From the sequence record NC_010821.1: 64,000 bases of DNA. One strand, given 5' to 3'. The notes below the pieces were generated by a model. It did no database searches and had not been told where the DNA came from. It saw nothing but the letters and a program-made list of their open reading frames with translations. Shown one piece after another: positions 37,972-46,162 of the stretch. The position numbers and the translations under genes are program-made. Position 1 is the first letter of the stretch, and every line of letters begins with the position of its first letter.

Positions 37972-38652
37972 ATGACTTCTAAAATCGTAACCTTTCCAGA
38001 CGTACCAATGACCATGGTCATTAAGCGTCTTACCGATTACACCGTGCAACACTATTCCGGCTTGGATGACATTCCACATCTCTGTGTGAAAGTCCGCCAT
38101 CATAATGGCTTCGCGTGGTTTGGTATCAGCATCATTCCAACGGGTAATTATCCTAACGGGTTCCCTGCACCATGGCCGGCTCAGTTGGTACGTAATGTCA
38201 AGACCCAGTTCCTTCAGGCGATGGCTCAGGTTATCGATCTGGCTGAAATGGATTCTGACGTGGATCTGTTGATGCGTAGTATCCAAGACATCTGCGCCAA
38301 GCGTAAACGTCCTGTGATGTTCGGTACTGGCGGTAATGAGTTCATCCAGATCTCGTCTACCAACAACGTTCAGATCGAGCTGTATCGCGATGAGGTGAAG
38401 CCAGAGTCGTCGACTTACGGTGGTTATTTCTTCGTGGTGGAATATGACGGTCAAACCTTTCCGGGGTTGCTGTACCATCGTGGGATCATTGCATACAACT
38501 ATATCACCAAAGAAGCCGCTCATGGTTTGATCCGTGAAGAACTCCAAGCTAAGTTCCCTGAGTTCTTCAATGACCCATCGAAGTTGGTGATCCCTTTCGG
38601 TGAAATCATGCAGTTACCACGTAACCGTAACAAGTGGGCTAAGGTGCGATGA
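37972..38652 (+). CDS. hypothetical protein
   Basis: ORF track; 226 aa. Confidence 0.75.
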   Translation: MTSKIVTFPDVPMTMVIKRLTDYTVQHYSGLDDIPHLCVKVRHHNGFAWFGISIIPTGNYPNGFPAPWPAQLVRNVKTQFLQAMAQVIDLAEMDSDVDLLMRSIQDICAKRKRPVMFGTGGNEFIQISSTNNVQIELYRDEVKPESSTYGGYFFVVEYDGQTFPGLLYHRGIIAYNYITKEAAHGLIREELQAKFPEFFNDPSKLVIPFGEIMQLPRNRNKWAKVR

Positions 38653-39026
38653 AAACACAGACGCTAGTTATTGACCTGATTCGTAACTGGCTTCCGAACG
38701 CTACCACTGGTTTGTGGGCGAAGCACTCGATGGAGGGCTTCGATATCATCACAGTTCTGACTGAACCCGAGTACCCTGGATTGGAAAAGATTCAGGGGAA
38801 AGTCATTTGGGCAGAAGACGGTGTAATTGATGACAAGGCTAATGCTGAACGCAATCTGCTGATTCATCAGGTAGCCCGTAAGTTCGCCAAAGCCACTGAA
38901 ACGGTGCTCATTGGCGTCAGGCATGTTGATCGTATTACATACCTCGACTTCAAAGGTGAGTCTATCAAAAACGTTGAAGGGTTCGACTGGGTGGATGTCG
39001 TTCTAGAAAAAGAAATCATCGTTTAG
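38649..39026 (+). CDS. hypothetical protein
   Basis: ATGA overlap; AAGGTG SD. Confidence 0.75.
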   Translation: MKTQTLVIDLIRNWLPNATTGLWAKHSMEGFDIITVLTEPEYPGLEKIQGKVIWAEDGVIDDKANAERNLLIHQVARKFAKATETVLIGVRHVDRITYLDFKGESIKNVEGFDWVDVVLEKEIIV

Positions 39027-39053
39027 TAAAAGAATACTCAGTGTGTAATATTA

Positions 39054-39522
39054 TAGGAGTGAATGCTCCTAGCCCGTGATAAAAGCCTCGTAAAAGTGTT
39101 GCTTTCATTTCCCACCCCATCACGGGTTCCCCCTATTCAGGATCACTGCTCTGGTAGTGAACCAAATGAACAAGGGTGTTCGCAGGGGTTATCTCTCTAA
39201 CCAGGGTCCCCGTCACCATAAGCAGTAGGTTAGATGCCCTGCTCGAACACCCGCCTAAGCATAATGAACTTTCGGAATAATTCGCCCGTCCCCAAATAAG
39301 GTGGGATGGTTAGTTGGAGATGACCAGTCTCCTAAACCGAAGCACTGATCACTAGGGTGGTACCTATTCGATACAGTGAAGTTACTCGATCATATCGGTG
39401 TTACACCCCCGATCGAAGTGGCGACTGACAAAGTGATACTTCCTACTAAATGGGTTGTTCAGCTGGCCAGCACACATGCGTCAGATTAAACCTCAAGCCC
39501 CCACCCTCGTAGGTGGGGGCTT
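39054..39522 (+). ncRNA. candidate large structured non-coding RNA of unknown class
   Basis: About 500 bp gap in an otherwise gene-dense genome; seven nested or serial helices; promoter-like AATATTAT upstream and a strong terminator at 39495-39530. Confidence 0.65.
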
Positions 39523-39530
39523 TATTCCGT
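39495..39530 (+). terminator. strong intrinsic terminator-like hairpin
   Basis: AAGCCCCCACC-CTCGTA-GGTGGGGGCTT-TATTCCGT. Confidence 0.8.
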
Positions 39531-39544
39531 CTCAAGGAGAAACT

Positions 39545-39742
39545 ATGAGTTTGTACGATCAGTTGTTTAAGCTGTATATTACGGTGAAAGATCCGAAGGT
39601 TGTCCGGTATCGTCGACATCCATGTCAACTGCGTATTGTCGGCAAGGCCCGGCATATGTGGGGTAACGAAAGTAAACTCGATCCCGGTTCTCAAAGCACT
39701 GAAACGATTGAAAAACTCATCGCCCGTTATTACATCGATTAA
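39545..39742 (+). CDS. hypothetical protein
   Basis: ORF 39455..39742; AAGGAGA SD before 39545. Confidence 0.7.
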   Translation: MSLYDQLFKLYITVKDPKVVRYRRHPCQLRIVGKARHMWGNESKLDPGSQSTETIEKLIARYYID

Positions 39743-39751
39743 GGAGTTCTT

Positions 39752-40243
39752 ATGAAAAAGCTTGATAAAACAGGTCCACTTAAAGCAGCCTATTATCTCA
39801 TCACCAGTTATGCTGATTATGAGAAGGCTATTCTCGAATACCTTAAAGAGAATGATCACAAACCTGAGGACTGGGGTATGCGTGACCAGTTCAATGTGAA
39901 TGAATTGGTTGAAGGTCATCACATCAAAGGTAATCGTGAACTCTACACCAACGGTGAATCCCCAGAGTTCATCCTGTGCATCAACTTCGATGATCAGTTT
40001 GTACAACTCATCGTTAATTTCGTGAGTGTGTCTGACTTCATCGTACCAGAAGGCGATGTACCTGCACACATGTACGAGTTCGAAATCGAGCGCCACATGC
40101 GAGAATCCCCGTACCGCATCCACCGTAGCCAGTATCAAGTTATGGCTAAGGATGCGTTCGAGGCGCACGTGCTGGTAGGTCAGTGCTATTCCCGTGACGA
40201 AGAGTATGATCTCAAAATCGCTAGCTGGAGGAAAGTAAAATGA
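39752..40243 (+). CDS. hypothetical protein
   Basis: AAGGAG SD. Confidence 0.8.
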   Translation: MKKLDKTGPLKAAYYLITSYADYEKAILEYLKENDHKPEDWGMRDQFNVNELVEGHHIKGNRELYTNGESPEFILCINFDDQFVQLIVNFVSVSDFIVPEGDVPAHMYEFEIERHMRESPYRIHRSQYQVMAKDAFEAHVLVGQCYSRDEEYDLKIASWRKVK

Positions 40244-40737
40244 AGCGCCTTGACCAATACGAAGGTAGCAATCGCTCAGGCATGTTCAAGTATCGGATCG
40301 AAGCTGATGGTGAACTCGAACAGGCTATCCAAGCTGCGTGCGATGAGATGTCAGTTAGCACGGGGGAACCGCATGGTATGGATGATCGCCCGAAGCATTA
40401 TCCTTACATTGCGTTCATCCACCCTGACGATGAATACTATCGCGTGGATCTCGGCTTTGCGACTGCTGAAGATCTTGTAGGGGATGGTCCAGGTAGTCTG
40501 GATGAGCTGAAGGATATGCTCTATAACTACACTACCATGAAGCCGTGGTTGGATCGTATTCATGAAGCCGCACAACTTAACGGTGAAGCAAGTATCGAGT
40601 TCCGCGATCTTGATGATGAACCTAACTTCGGCAATCAGTACGCTATGAACAACAAACAGGCTGACTGGCTCCGTAGTCAAGGCTGGGTGGTGCACTGGGA
40701 GAAATACCCACGTACTTGGATCGTATCTGGCTGGTGA
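40240..40737 (+). CDS. hypothetical protein
   Basis: GGAGG SD; ATGA overlap. Confidence 0.8.
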   Translation: MKRLDQYEGSNRSGMFKYRIEADGELEQAIQAACDEMSVSTGEPHGMDDRPKHYPYIAFIHPDDEYYRVDLGFATAEDLVGDGPGSLDELKDMLYNYTTMKPWLDRIHEAAQLNGEASIEFRDLDDEPNFGNQYAMNNKQADWLRSQGWVVHWEKYPRTWIVSGW

Positions 40738-40758
40738 TTTCAATTAAGGAGTAATAGC

Positions 40759-40899
40759 ATGCATGACATCGTAGGAGATCGTCTTAAGAAACAGATTCAA
40801 TCCCGCCGTACAGAACGGCTACAGTATATTTTCCTCTATTCATTCCTCGGAGTGAATGGACTGTACATCGCATACGAACTAATCAAACGATTTATCTAA
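40759..40899 (+). CDS. small membrane peptide (46 aa)
   Basis: AAGGAG SD; YIFLYSFLGVNGLYIAYELI. Confidence 0.6.
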   Translation: MHDIVGDRLKKQIQSRRTERLQYIFLYSFLGVNGLYIAYELIKRFI

Positions 40900-40907
40900 G
40901 GACGAAT

Positions 40908-41339
40908 ATGAAAACCCTAAACCCGATCCATGCTGATCACGAAAAGGTCTACAACCACTTTGTAGACCGTCAGGAGAACGGTCAGTTCGATCGTTACAAC
41001 GCTGATATGCAGTCTTTTATCAATCGGGTCTGGAATAAGAATCTGGGTGTAGTAGCTGCTATGTCACATAGTGGTATTGGAGCAGACGTATCGAACGGCT
41101 TTGTGCAGTTTGTTGCAGATAACCCATCCATGATGGTTCGCCTTATTGGATGGCTGACTGAGGTACGTGACGCTTTACCAAAACTACAACAACCCACGGT
41201 TGAGATCCGTAGTAAGACTACTCCTAACCATATCGATGATGCAACTCATTATCTAACAGTAATGTTTCGAACCCCTCGATTCAAAACTAAGGATGATGCT
41301 AACACCTGGTGGAGTAAACTGGTCCAATCTTATAACTAA
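40908..41339 (+). CDS. hypothetical protein
   Basis: AAGGA SD; weak TYW3-like N-terminus (see findings). Confidence 0.75.
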   Translation: MKTLNPIHADHEKVYNHFVDRQENGQFDRYNADMQSFINRVWNKNLGVVAAMSHSGIGADVSNGFVQFVADNPSMMVRLIGWLTEVRDALPKLQQPTVEIRSKTTPNHIDDATHYLTVMFRTPRFKTKDDANTWWSKLVQSYN

Positions 41340-41354
41340 ACATTGGAGCAGACC

Positions 41355-41795
41355 ATGAAAGCAGTATTGATTAAAGGTAATCCCAAATTCGTTAGGGGTG
41401 ATGAAGCAAAAGCGTACTATCAGGAAATCGTTGAGTTTATGGAAGGACTTGGCGTGGAGGTCATCGAAGACCAAGGTCTCGACAACACGTGTCCACCTCC
41501 AGCTGATTTCTACGTGGCCCATTCACGTGGGGTCGATCGTGAGTGCTGTTTCGATACACCAGAACAAATGGCTAACTTCATTAAGTTCGGTGTACCAGAA
41601 GGCGTGATCCATCCAGTCGATTTAGATTGGTGGGATCGTGGGCGTAAAGGTGTTCCACCCCGTGAGCACTTTGTGTTTACAGCAGACCAGAAGCTGGCTA
41701 TCCAGAATAAGGTTGATGCCTTGCGTAAAGCTACCACTCCAGTACCGATCCAGAAATCACGCCAGTCTGCTTCACGCAGGCCGGGTGTACGATAA
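41355..41795 (+). CDS. hypothetical protein with alpha/beta-hydrolase-like nucleophile elbow (AHSRG)
   Basis: VLIKGNP...FYVAHSRG; GGAG SD. Confidence 0.6.
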   Translation: MKAVLIKGNPKFVRGDEAKAYYQEIVEFMEGLGVEVIEDQGLDNTCPPPADFYVAHSRGVDRECCFDTPEQMANFIKFGVPEGVIHPVDLDWWDRGRKGVPPREHFVFTADQKLAIQNKVDALRKATTPVPIQKSRQSASRRPGVR

Positions 41796-41806
41796 CACGT
41801 CATAAA

Positions 41807-41826
41807 GCCCCTCCGCAAGGAGGGGC
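41807..41826. terminator. bidirectional terminator at strand switch
   Basis: GCCCCTCC-GCAA-GGAGGGGC between convergent ORFs. Confidence 0.8.
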
Positions 41827-41845
41827 AATATGTTGTTTTTTTCTT

Positions 41846-42250
41846 TTATGCCATGCGAACTACGCGTTGTAATTCTTTACCCTTAGCCCAGAGCTTAGGG
41901 AACAAATCGTCACGCTCTCGTACGACCATACCGCCACCACGAACCTTATTCGAAGAGGGATACAGTTCTGGGTTGTCTTGGGCTTCTTTCATAAGTTGGG
42001 TCATGTAAAGATCCAAGGTATTCTGATCATCTTGCGTGCATTTAGAGAACACACGCTTGAAGTAATCGTCACAGTAATCGAAGTCACGTACTACGCGATA
42101 CCCACGGCTTCCCAGATCGATACGGAAGTATTTACGGTAGTCGTGGTAACCGCCACCAATACGCCACATCTCGTTACCCGGTTTATTCACGAGGCGTTCG
42201 ATTTTAAAAGATTTAAGGTCTTTCCATAGTTGAATCAATTTAGTTTTCAT
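41846..42250 (-). CDS. hypothetical protein
   Basis: ORF track; part of a coupled - strand operon. Confidence 0.7.
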   Translation of the reverse strand: MKTKLIQLWKDLKSFKIERLVNKPGNEMWRIGGGYHDYRKYFRIDLGSRGYRVVRDFDYCDDYFKRVFSKCTQDDQNTLDLYMTQLMKEAQDNPELYPSSNKVRGGGMVVRERDDLFPKLWAKGKELQRVVRMA

Positions 42251-42492
42251 TTTACACCATTGATGGTTTTGATGAAGGTATGTGCTTCATCGATATTAAT
42301 GATCTTGATATATTTTGAATCGTTGTTGCCTACCATCATATTAAGTTGACTTAGCCATGACGAATAGTGTTCTGGCCCCTTGAGACGAGATGGCCACTGA
42401 GTCAACTCAAGCATGTGTTGGTAAGCACACTTAGTAGGGCGTCGATCGGGTAGCAATAAACTACCCAGCCATCCTAGAATTCTTTTTAGCAT
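42247..42492 (-). CDS. hypothetical protein
   Basis: Coupled overlap. Confidence 0.65.
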   Translation of the reverse strand: MLKRILGWLGSLLLPDRRPTKCAYQHMLELTQWPSRLKGPEHYSSWLSQLNMMVGNNDSKYIKIINIDEAHTFIKTINGVK

Positions 42493-42899
42493 TTATTCCA
42501 ATCATCCACCTGCTTGAGGAAATCTTGAATGACCCAGCCCCATTTACCAGCCCATTCTTTGACGGTATAGGGTATACCAGATGGACCAGCAACCGATTCC
42601 AGTATGGTCGACCATTCGGTCTTATAGCAGTACTCTACTTGAGACTCGTAACGCTTTATCGAGATATCCAGTAGGTAAAGATTCTGGTCTGTTACGGTTG
42701 CTCTCAATCCTAGGTAAAGACCCTGTTCCATTAAGTGGGCAAGCTCGACCCGTTTAAAGTCCTTCGGGTTGAATGTCACAACTATATCTGGTAGTGGTTC
42801 ACCGGGCTGAGTTCTTTGAAAAGGTAGTTCATCCTTAGGTGGAAGTTGCTCAGATGGTGCAGGACGATTATTGATCAAGAACTTTGAAGTATCAAACAT
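42486..42899 (-). CDS. hypothetical protein
   Basis: ORF track. Confidence 0.7.
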   Translation of the reverse strand: MFDTSKFLINNRPAPSEQLPPKDELPFQRTQPGEPLPDIVVTFNPKDFKRVELAHLMEQGLYLGLRATVTDQNLYLLDISIKRYESQVEYCYKTEWSTILESVAGPSGIPYTVKEWAGKWGWVIQDFLKQVDDWNKC

Positions 42900-42902
42900 A
42901 GT

Positions 42903-43154
42903 TTACCCCACGCTGTAACCGACCGTGTAAATCTTACGTTTGATCTTGAACTTAAAGACCTTGTAAAATTCACCTAGTGGCGGTACATCCGTTTCGAACC
43001 GACTACCATAGACCATGTCATCGGTTTTTTCAAAGAACGTAATACACTTACGTGCAATGTAGTCTCGTCGACCTTTGGTTAGATAAGGATAGGTTACTTT
43101 GAGCTGCTCATCAATCAGCTTTGGGAGGTGTTTTGCAATGTAATCATCAATCAT
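42903..43154 (-). CDS. hypothetical protein
   Basis: ORF track. Confidence 0.7.
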   Translation of the reverse strand: MIDDYIAKHLPKLIDEQLKVTYPYLTKGRRDYIARKCITFFEKTDDMVYGSRFETDVPPLGEFYKVFKFKIKRKIYTVGYSVG

Positions 43155-43161
43155 CGTAAAC

Positions 43162-44070
43162 TCACTTTAAGAATGTACCACAGGAGGCCTTCACATCAGT
43201 TCCTACGCGTGGGATCAGCTTAACCTTAGCATCGGGTAGATGACGCTGGATAAAGCCGTGTAGGTACTTTACATGACCCTCCACGGGTTCCTTGGAGTAG
43301 TGACCTTCCGGTGGATTGTATCGGACGATGTTCCAGTTCACTTTCAGTCCAACTTCTTTGATCTCATCAATGATAGCTTTAACGTCACCGATGGAATCGT
43401 TCTGATCGTTAATGAATGCATAATGAATCTTAGGTGTTTTACCGGTAGCTTCTTGCCAGCACTTCAGTTCATCCAGTGCCGTTTCAGGTGCTGCCGCTTT
43501 AGGTAGCCACTGTTTACGGAACTTAGGATTCAGACTGTAAAGTGAGTAGTAGAGTTCAGGGTAGACTTCTGGGTCAGTGAACACATCAGTCAGTTTAGTA
43601 AAGCCGAACTCTTTTGGCCAGATGGTGGAGATCAGGAACTTAGCTTCCAATCCCCATTGTTCGGCCATACGCTTAAGACCACGTAGGATCTCATCGGCAT
43701 TCTCAACGAAGTGTTTGTTAGCTAATGGTTCACCACGCGCCATGAAGTTGAAGTGTACCTTAGTGGCTGCACTACCTACATGGTTATTTCGGACCATGTC
43801 GATGTAATGGTCGAATACACGTTCAGCTTGTTCGAAGTATTCCTGTACAGTAACGTCACGGGAATCCGTCTGACCAGTTGCAGTCAACCAACACATCCTG
43901 CAAGCTTGTTTACAGCCTGTCTGAGAGCTTAGATAAACAATGAAGTAATCGTCTACCCTTTGTACGAAACGTGCTTCTAATCGCCCTGTATGGTCTTCAA
44001 ACTTACGCTCGAAGTTAACGGAGCGATCTAGCTCAGATTGGTGCGTCGTGTAAATCAATTGACTCTGCAT
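43162..44070 (-). CDS. RlmN/Cfr-like radical SAM protein
   Basis: SSQTGCKQACRMC (CxxxCxxC with the RlmN-type SSQxG prefix), FMARGEPLAN (cf. MGMGEPLxN), C-terminal ASCGTF (cf. AACGQL). Confidence 0.85.
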   Translation of the reverse strand: MQSQLIYTTHQSELDRSVNFERKFEDHTGRLEARFVQRVDDYFIVYLSSQTGCKQACRMCWLTATGQTDSRDVTVQEYFEQAERVFDHYIDMVRNNHVGSAATKVHFNFMARGEPLANKHFVENADEILRGLKRMAEQWGLEAKFLISTIWPKEFGFTKLTDVFTDPEVYPELYYSLYSLNPKFRKQWLPKAAAPETALDELKCWQEATGKTPKIHYAFINDQNDSIGDVKAIIDEIKEVGLKVNWNIVRYNPPEGHYSKEPVEGHVKYLHGFIQRHLPDAKVKLIPRVGTDVKASCGTFLK

Positions 44071-44323
44071 GGGTGCTGGTCCTCAAACGGTAAACGAATC
44101 GAATAGGTGGATAACCATTAACTGTTATGGTGGATTCATCGAAGTCTTTGTTATCGTACTCAACTGTAACTTGATGGGGCCAGAACAACCCTTTTCTTAT
44201 TTGATCTTCAATTTGACAAACTAGGTGGTAACCACGCATTGCAGCATTACACCCATTAAAGTGATCGCTGCAAACGTGGTCAACCAGTTCGTCAAGCTTA
44301 CGCTTGATCGACTCCATCTTCAA
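44033..44323 (-). CDS. hypothetical protein
   Basis: ORF track. Confidence 0.6.
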   Translation of the reverse strand: MKMESIKRKLDELVDHVCSDHFNGCNAAMRGYHLVCQIEDQIRKGLFWPHQVTVEYDNKDFDESTITVNGYPPIRFVYRLRTSTHAESIDLHDAPI

Positions 44324-44624
44324 CTCCAGTTACCAGACTAGGTACATCATACCTTGGTTTGATTTTGATATGGGGTTTGTCACCCAATTCTGACAGTGTC
44401 AGGATCACTTGGATTTGCTTGTCCCCTTTAGGGTTAACTCGAATACTGTGTGGACCTGGATAGGAATCAAAATGATCCCTTAGAGTAACGTATACTTCAT
44501 GTGCCGATTGCAGCTGAGTCAGGTCCGGTTTATTTTTAAAGACCTGTCCAACAATGTTAGTTACGGTATTGGTCCAAGTTGCAGCATGTTCCGCTTTGGC
44601 TGCAACAATTGCTTCAGTAGTCAT
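44298..44624 (-). CDS. hypothetical protein
   Basis: GGAG SD. Confidence 0.7.
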   Translation of the reverse strand: MTTEAIVAAKAEHAATWTNTVTNIVGQVFKNKPDLTQLQSAHEVYVTLRDHFDSYPGPHSIRVNPKGDKQIQVILTLSELGDKPHIKIKPRYDVPSLVTGVEDGVDQA

Positions 44625-44636
44625 TTTGAAACTCCG

Positions 44637-45140
44637 TTATTTAATCAAGATCACAAAGGTATCTGGGTGAAAGGTTTCAGCAACCCATTTATTAAATTCA
44701 GCGCGTTTGACGTAGCCCGCACCGACAGTAAATTGTGCATCATCAACGATCACGTACCGCGTGTTAAGTTTCTCTTCGTCGCTTAGTTGTGCATTCCACT
44801 TCTCAATGGTTCCACTCGCACTTGGTACTAGCTGCGTGTAATCGACCCTTTCGCGCCCGGTATTTTTTAAGTAGTCATTAGCTAGTGCCAATTTAAGATA
44901 ACTGTCTTTAGTAATTAGAATGCATTTATTGGGATGTTTAGCGATCCATTTCAATGCGCCTTGACTAAGCCCACACTGACGACCTACGTAAAGACCAATG
45001 GTTTTACAATCTCTTACCACCCAAGCCGGATCACCTCTATGTTGGGTATTACCCCACCGTTCCCAATTGTAACGTGTAACTTTTTCTAAGGCGTCTATAA
45101 TGCTAACATAATCGACAAGCGGTTTAACGTAATCATTCAT
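44637..45140 (-). CDS. degenerate P-loop-like protein (paralog of 51690..52208)
   Basis: KTIGLYVGRQCGLS...CILIT...VIVDDA. Confidence 0.6.
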   Translation of the reverse strand: MNDYVKPLVDYVSIIDALEKVTRYNWERWGNTQHRGDPAWVVRDCKTIGLYVGRQCGLSQGALKWIAKHPNKCILITKDSYLKLALANDYLKNTGRERVDYTQLVPSASGTIEKWNAQLSDEEKLNTRYVIVDDAQFTVGAGYVKRAEFNKWVAETFHPDTFVILIK

Positions 45141-45229
45141 GTTTCATACTCACTATTTAATTGTTTCAGAGTAGGCGGTATGCCTACAATATCAGCACGC
45201 TCAGTATTTATTAGAACCCGATTAAAGAG

Positions 45230-45237
45230 TATATTAC
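45230..45237 (+). promoter_or_regulatory. early promoter motif TATATTAC
   Basis: Exact motif within TTAAAGAGTATATTACAATGGTGAAT. Confidence 0.75.
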
Positions 45238-45267
45238 AATGGTGAATCTAAACCCTTAAAGGAATTA

Positions 45268-45624
45268 ATGATGCGTGTAAAAGCGATGGATCTCACCTTG
45301 GAGATGGTTAAGGCATCAAGTGACGCTAATCCCATCATCATAGAACACTCACACGGTACTTTCACCATCAAACGTGGTTGGTACGGTACGTCTGGTGGTC
45401 GTGAGCTGCCCGGTGGTACCGAATACATTATTCCAATACTACTGTTGGAATTCCGTGACCGTAATGATTGGTTAGTCGGTTGCGAAGAACACTACGAAGG
45501 GGTATTCCAGTTGCTTAAACTGAGTATCCTTGATAAGGTCCGCACCAATACCTTTGTGTTCGATAAAGGTATGGAGCTGGAAGATATGGTTTCCCTTTGG
45601 CTGCACAACACAATCACGGAGTAA
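45268..45624 (+). CDS. hypothetical protein
   Basis: AAGGA SD; first gene after the promoter. Confidence 0.75.
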   Translation: MMRVKAMDLTLEMVKASSDANPIIIEHSHGTFTIKRGWYGTSGGRELPGGTEYIIPILLLEFRDRNDWLVGCEEHYEGVFQLLKLSILDKVRTNTFVFDKGMELEDMVSLWLHNTITE

Positions 45625-45629
45625 TAGCA

Positions 45630-46115
45630 ATGCGTAAGGTAATTGCAGTTGTAATGATGGCATTCGCTGGTTTGGTGCAAGCTGGTATCAACAGTAACAT
45701 CGAATACGAATATCAGGTTGCTGTACCAAAGACCATGGTGGATGTCGTCGTGACTCCAGCAATGTGTTCTGAATACAGTGGTCTTGCTGTTGGGGCTAAG
45801 GTACTGTTTGATTTGAACCTCAGTGATGAGGCCATTCAAAACAGCATGGTTAACGTCGCTGCGGATAACATGGGTAACCGTGTAGTGTGGTCGACTTTCC
45901 ATATGGTGCTTAAGCTTGACACCATTACGGCAATGCGAGATTGGCCTAACCAGGCTGAATTCCAGAAGGTGCGTAAGGCCAGTCCTAATCAAGATGAACG
46001 TCTTTACTATCAGAAATATGCCGAGCAACAATGCAAAGCTAATCAAGAAGGTAAGACTATCAAAGTGCTTAAAGTTGTTCGTCGGGTTGCTGGTAGTAAC
46101 ACTGAGTTCAAATAA
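45630..46115 (+). CDS. putative exported protein with signal peptide
   Basis: ORF 45597..46115; GGAG SD; MRK-VIAVVMMAFAGLVQA signal-like sequence; two Cys. Confidence 0.7.
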   Translation: MRKVIAVVMMAFAGLVQAGINSNIEYEYQVAVPKTMVDVVVTPAMCSEYSGLAVGAKVLFDLNLSDEAIQNSMVNVAADNMGNRVVWSTFHMVLKLDTITAMRDWPNQAEFQKVRKASPNQDERLYYQKYAEQQCKANQEGKTIKVLKVVRRVAGSNTEFK

Positions 46116-46124
46116 CGACATAAC

Positions 46125-46160
46125 GCCAGCTCCTTCGGGAGCTGGCTTATGCCTTTTCTT
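46125..46160. terminator. bidirectional terminator
   Basis: GCCAGCTCC-TTCG-GGAGCTGGC-TTATGCCTTTT between convergent genes. Confidence 0.8.
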
Positions 46161-46162
46161 TT

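Noticed and set aside
39063-39200. 45-codon ORF MLLARDKSLVKV... inside the ncRNA candidate
   Set aside because: Its AGGAG is only 3 nt from the ATG and is paired in a hairpin, and it runs through the helical elements. Not excluded without ribosome profiling.
39054-39522. Assignment of the structured region to tmRNA, RNase P RNA, or a group I/II intron
   Set aside because: No T-loop/CCA end, no GAGGAAAGUCC or other P4 motifs, no group I P7 (R/S) elements, no group II domain V, and it does not interrupt a gene.
39446-40168. 240-aa - strand ORF, and similar long antisense ORFs (19631..20239, 25534..26094, 37831..38547, 45492..46121, 23557..24048)
   Set aside because: Each lies opposite well-formed + strand genes with SD sites. 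They lack their own SD or operon context and have the Ile/Phe/Val-rich composition typical of antisense shadows.
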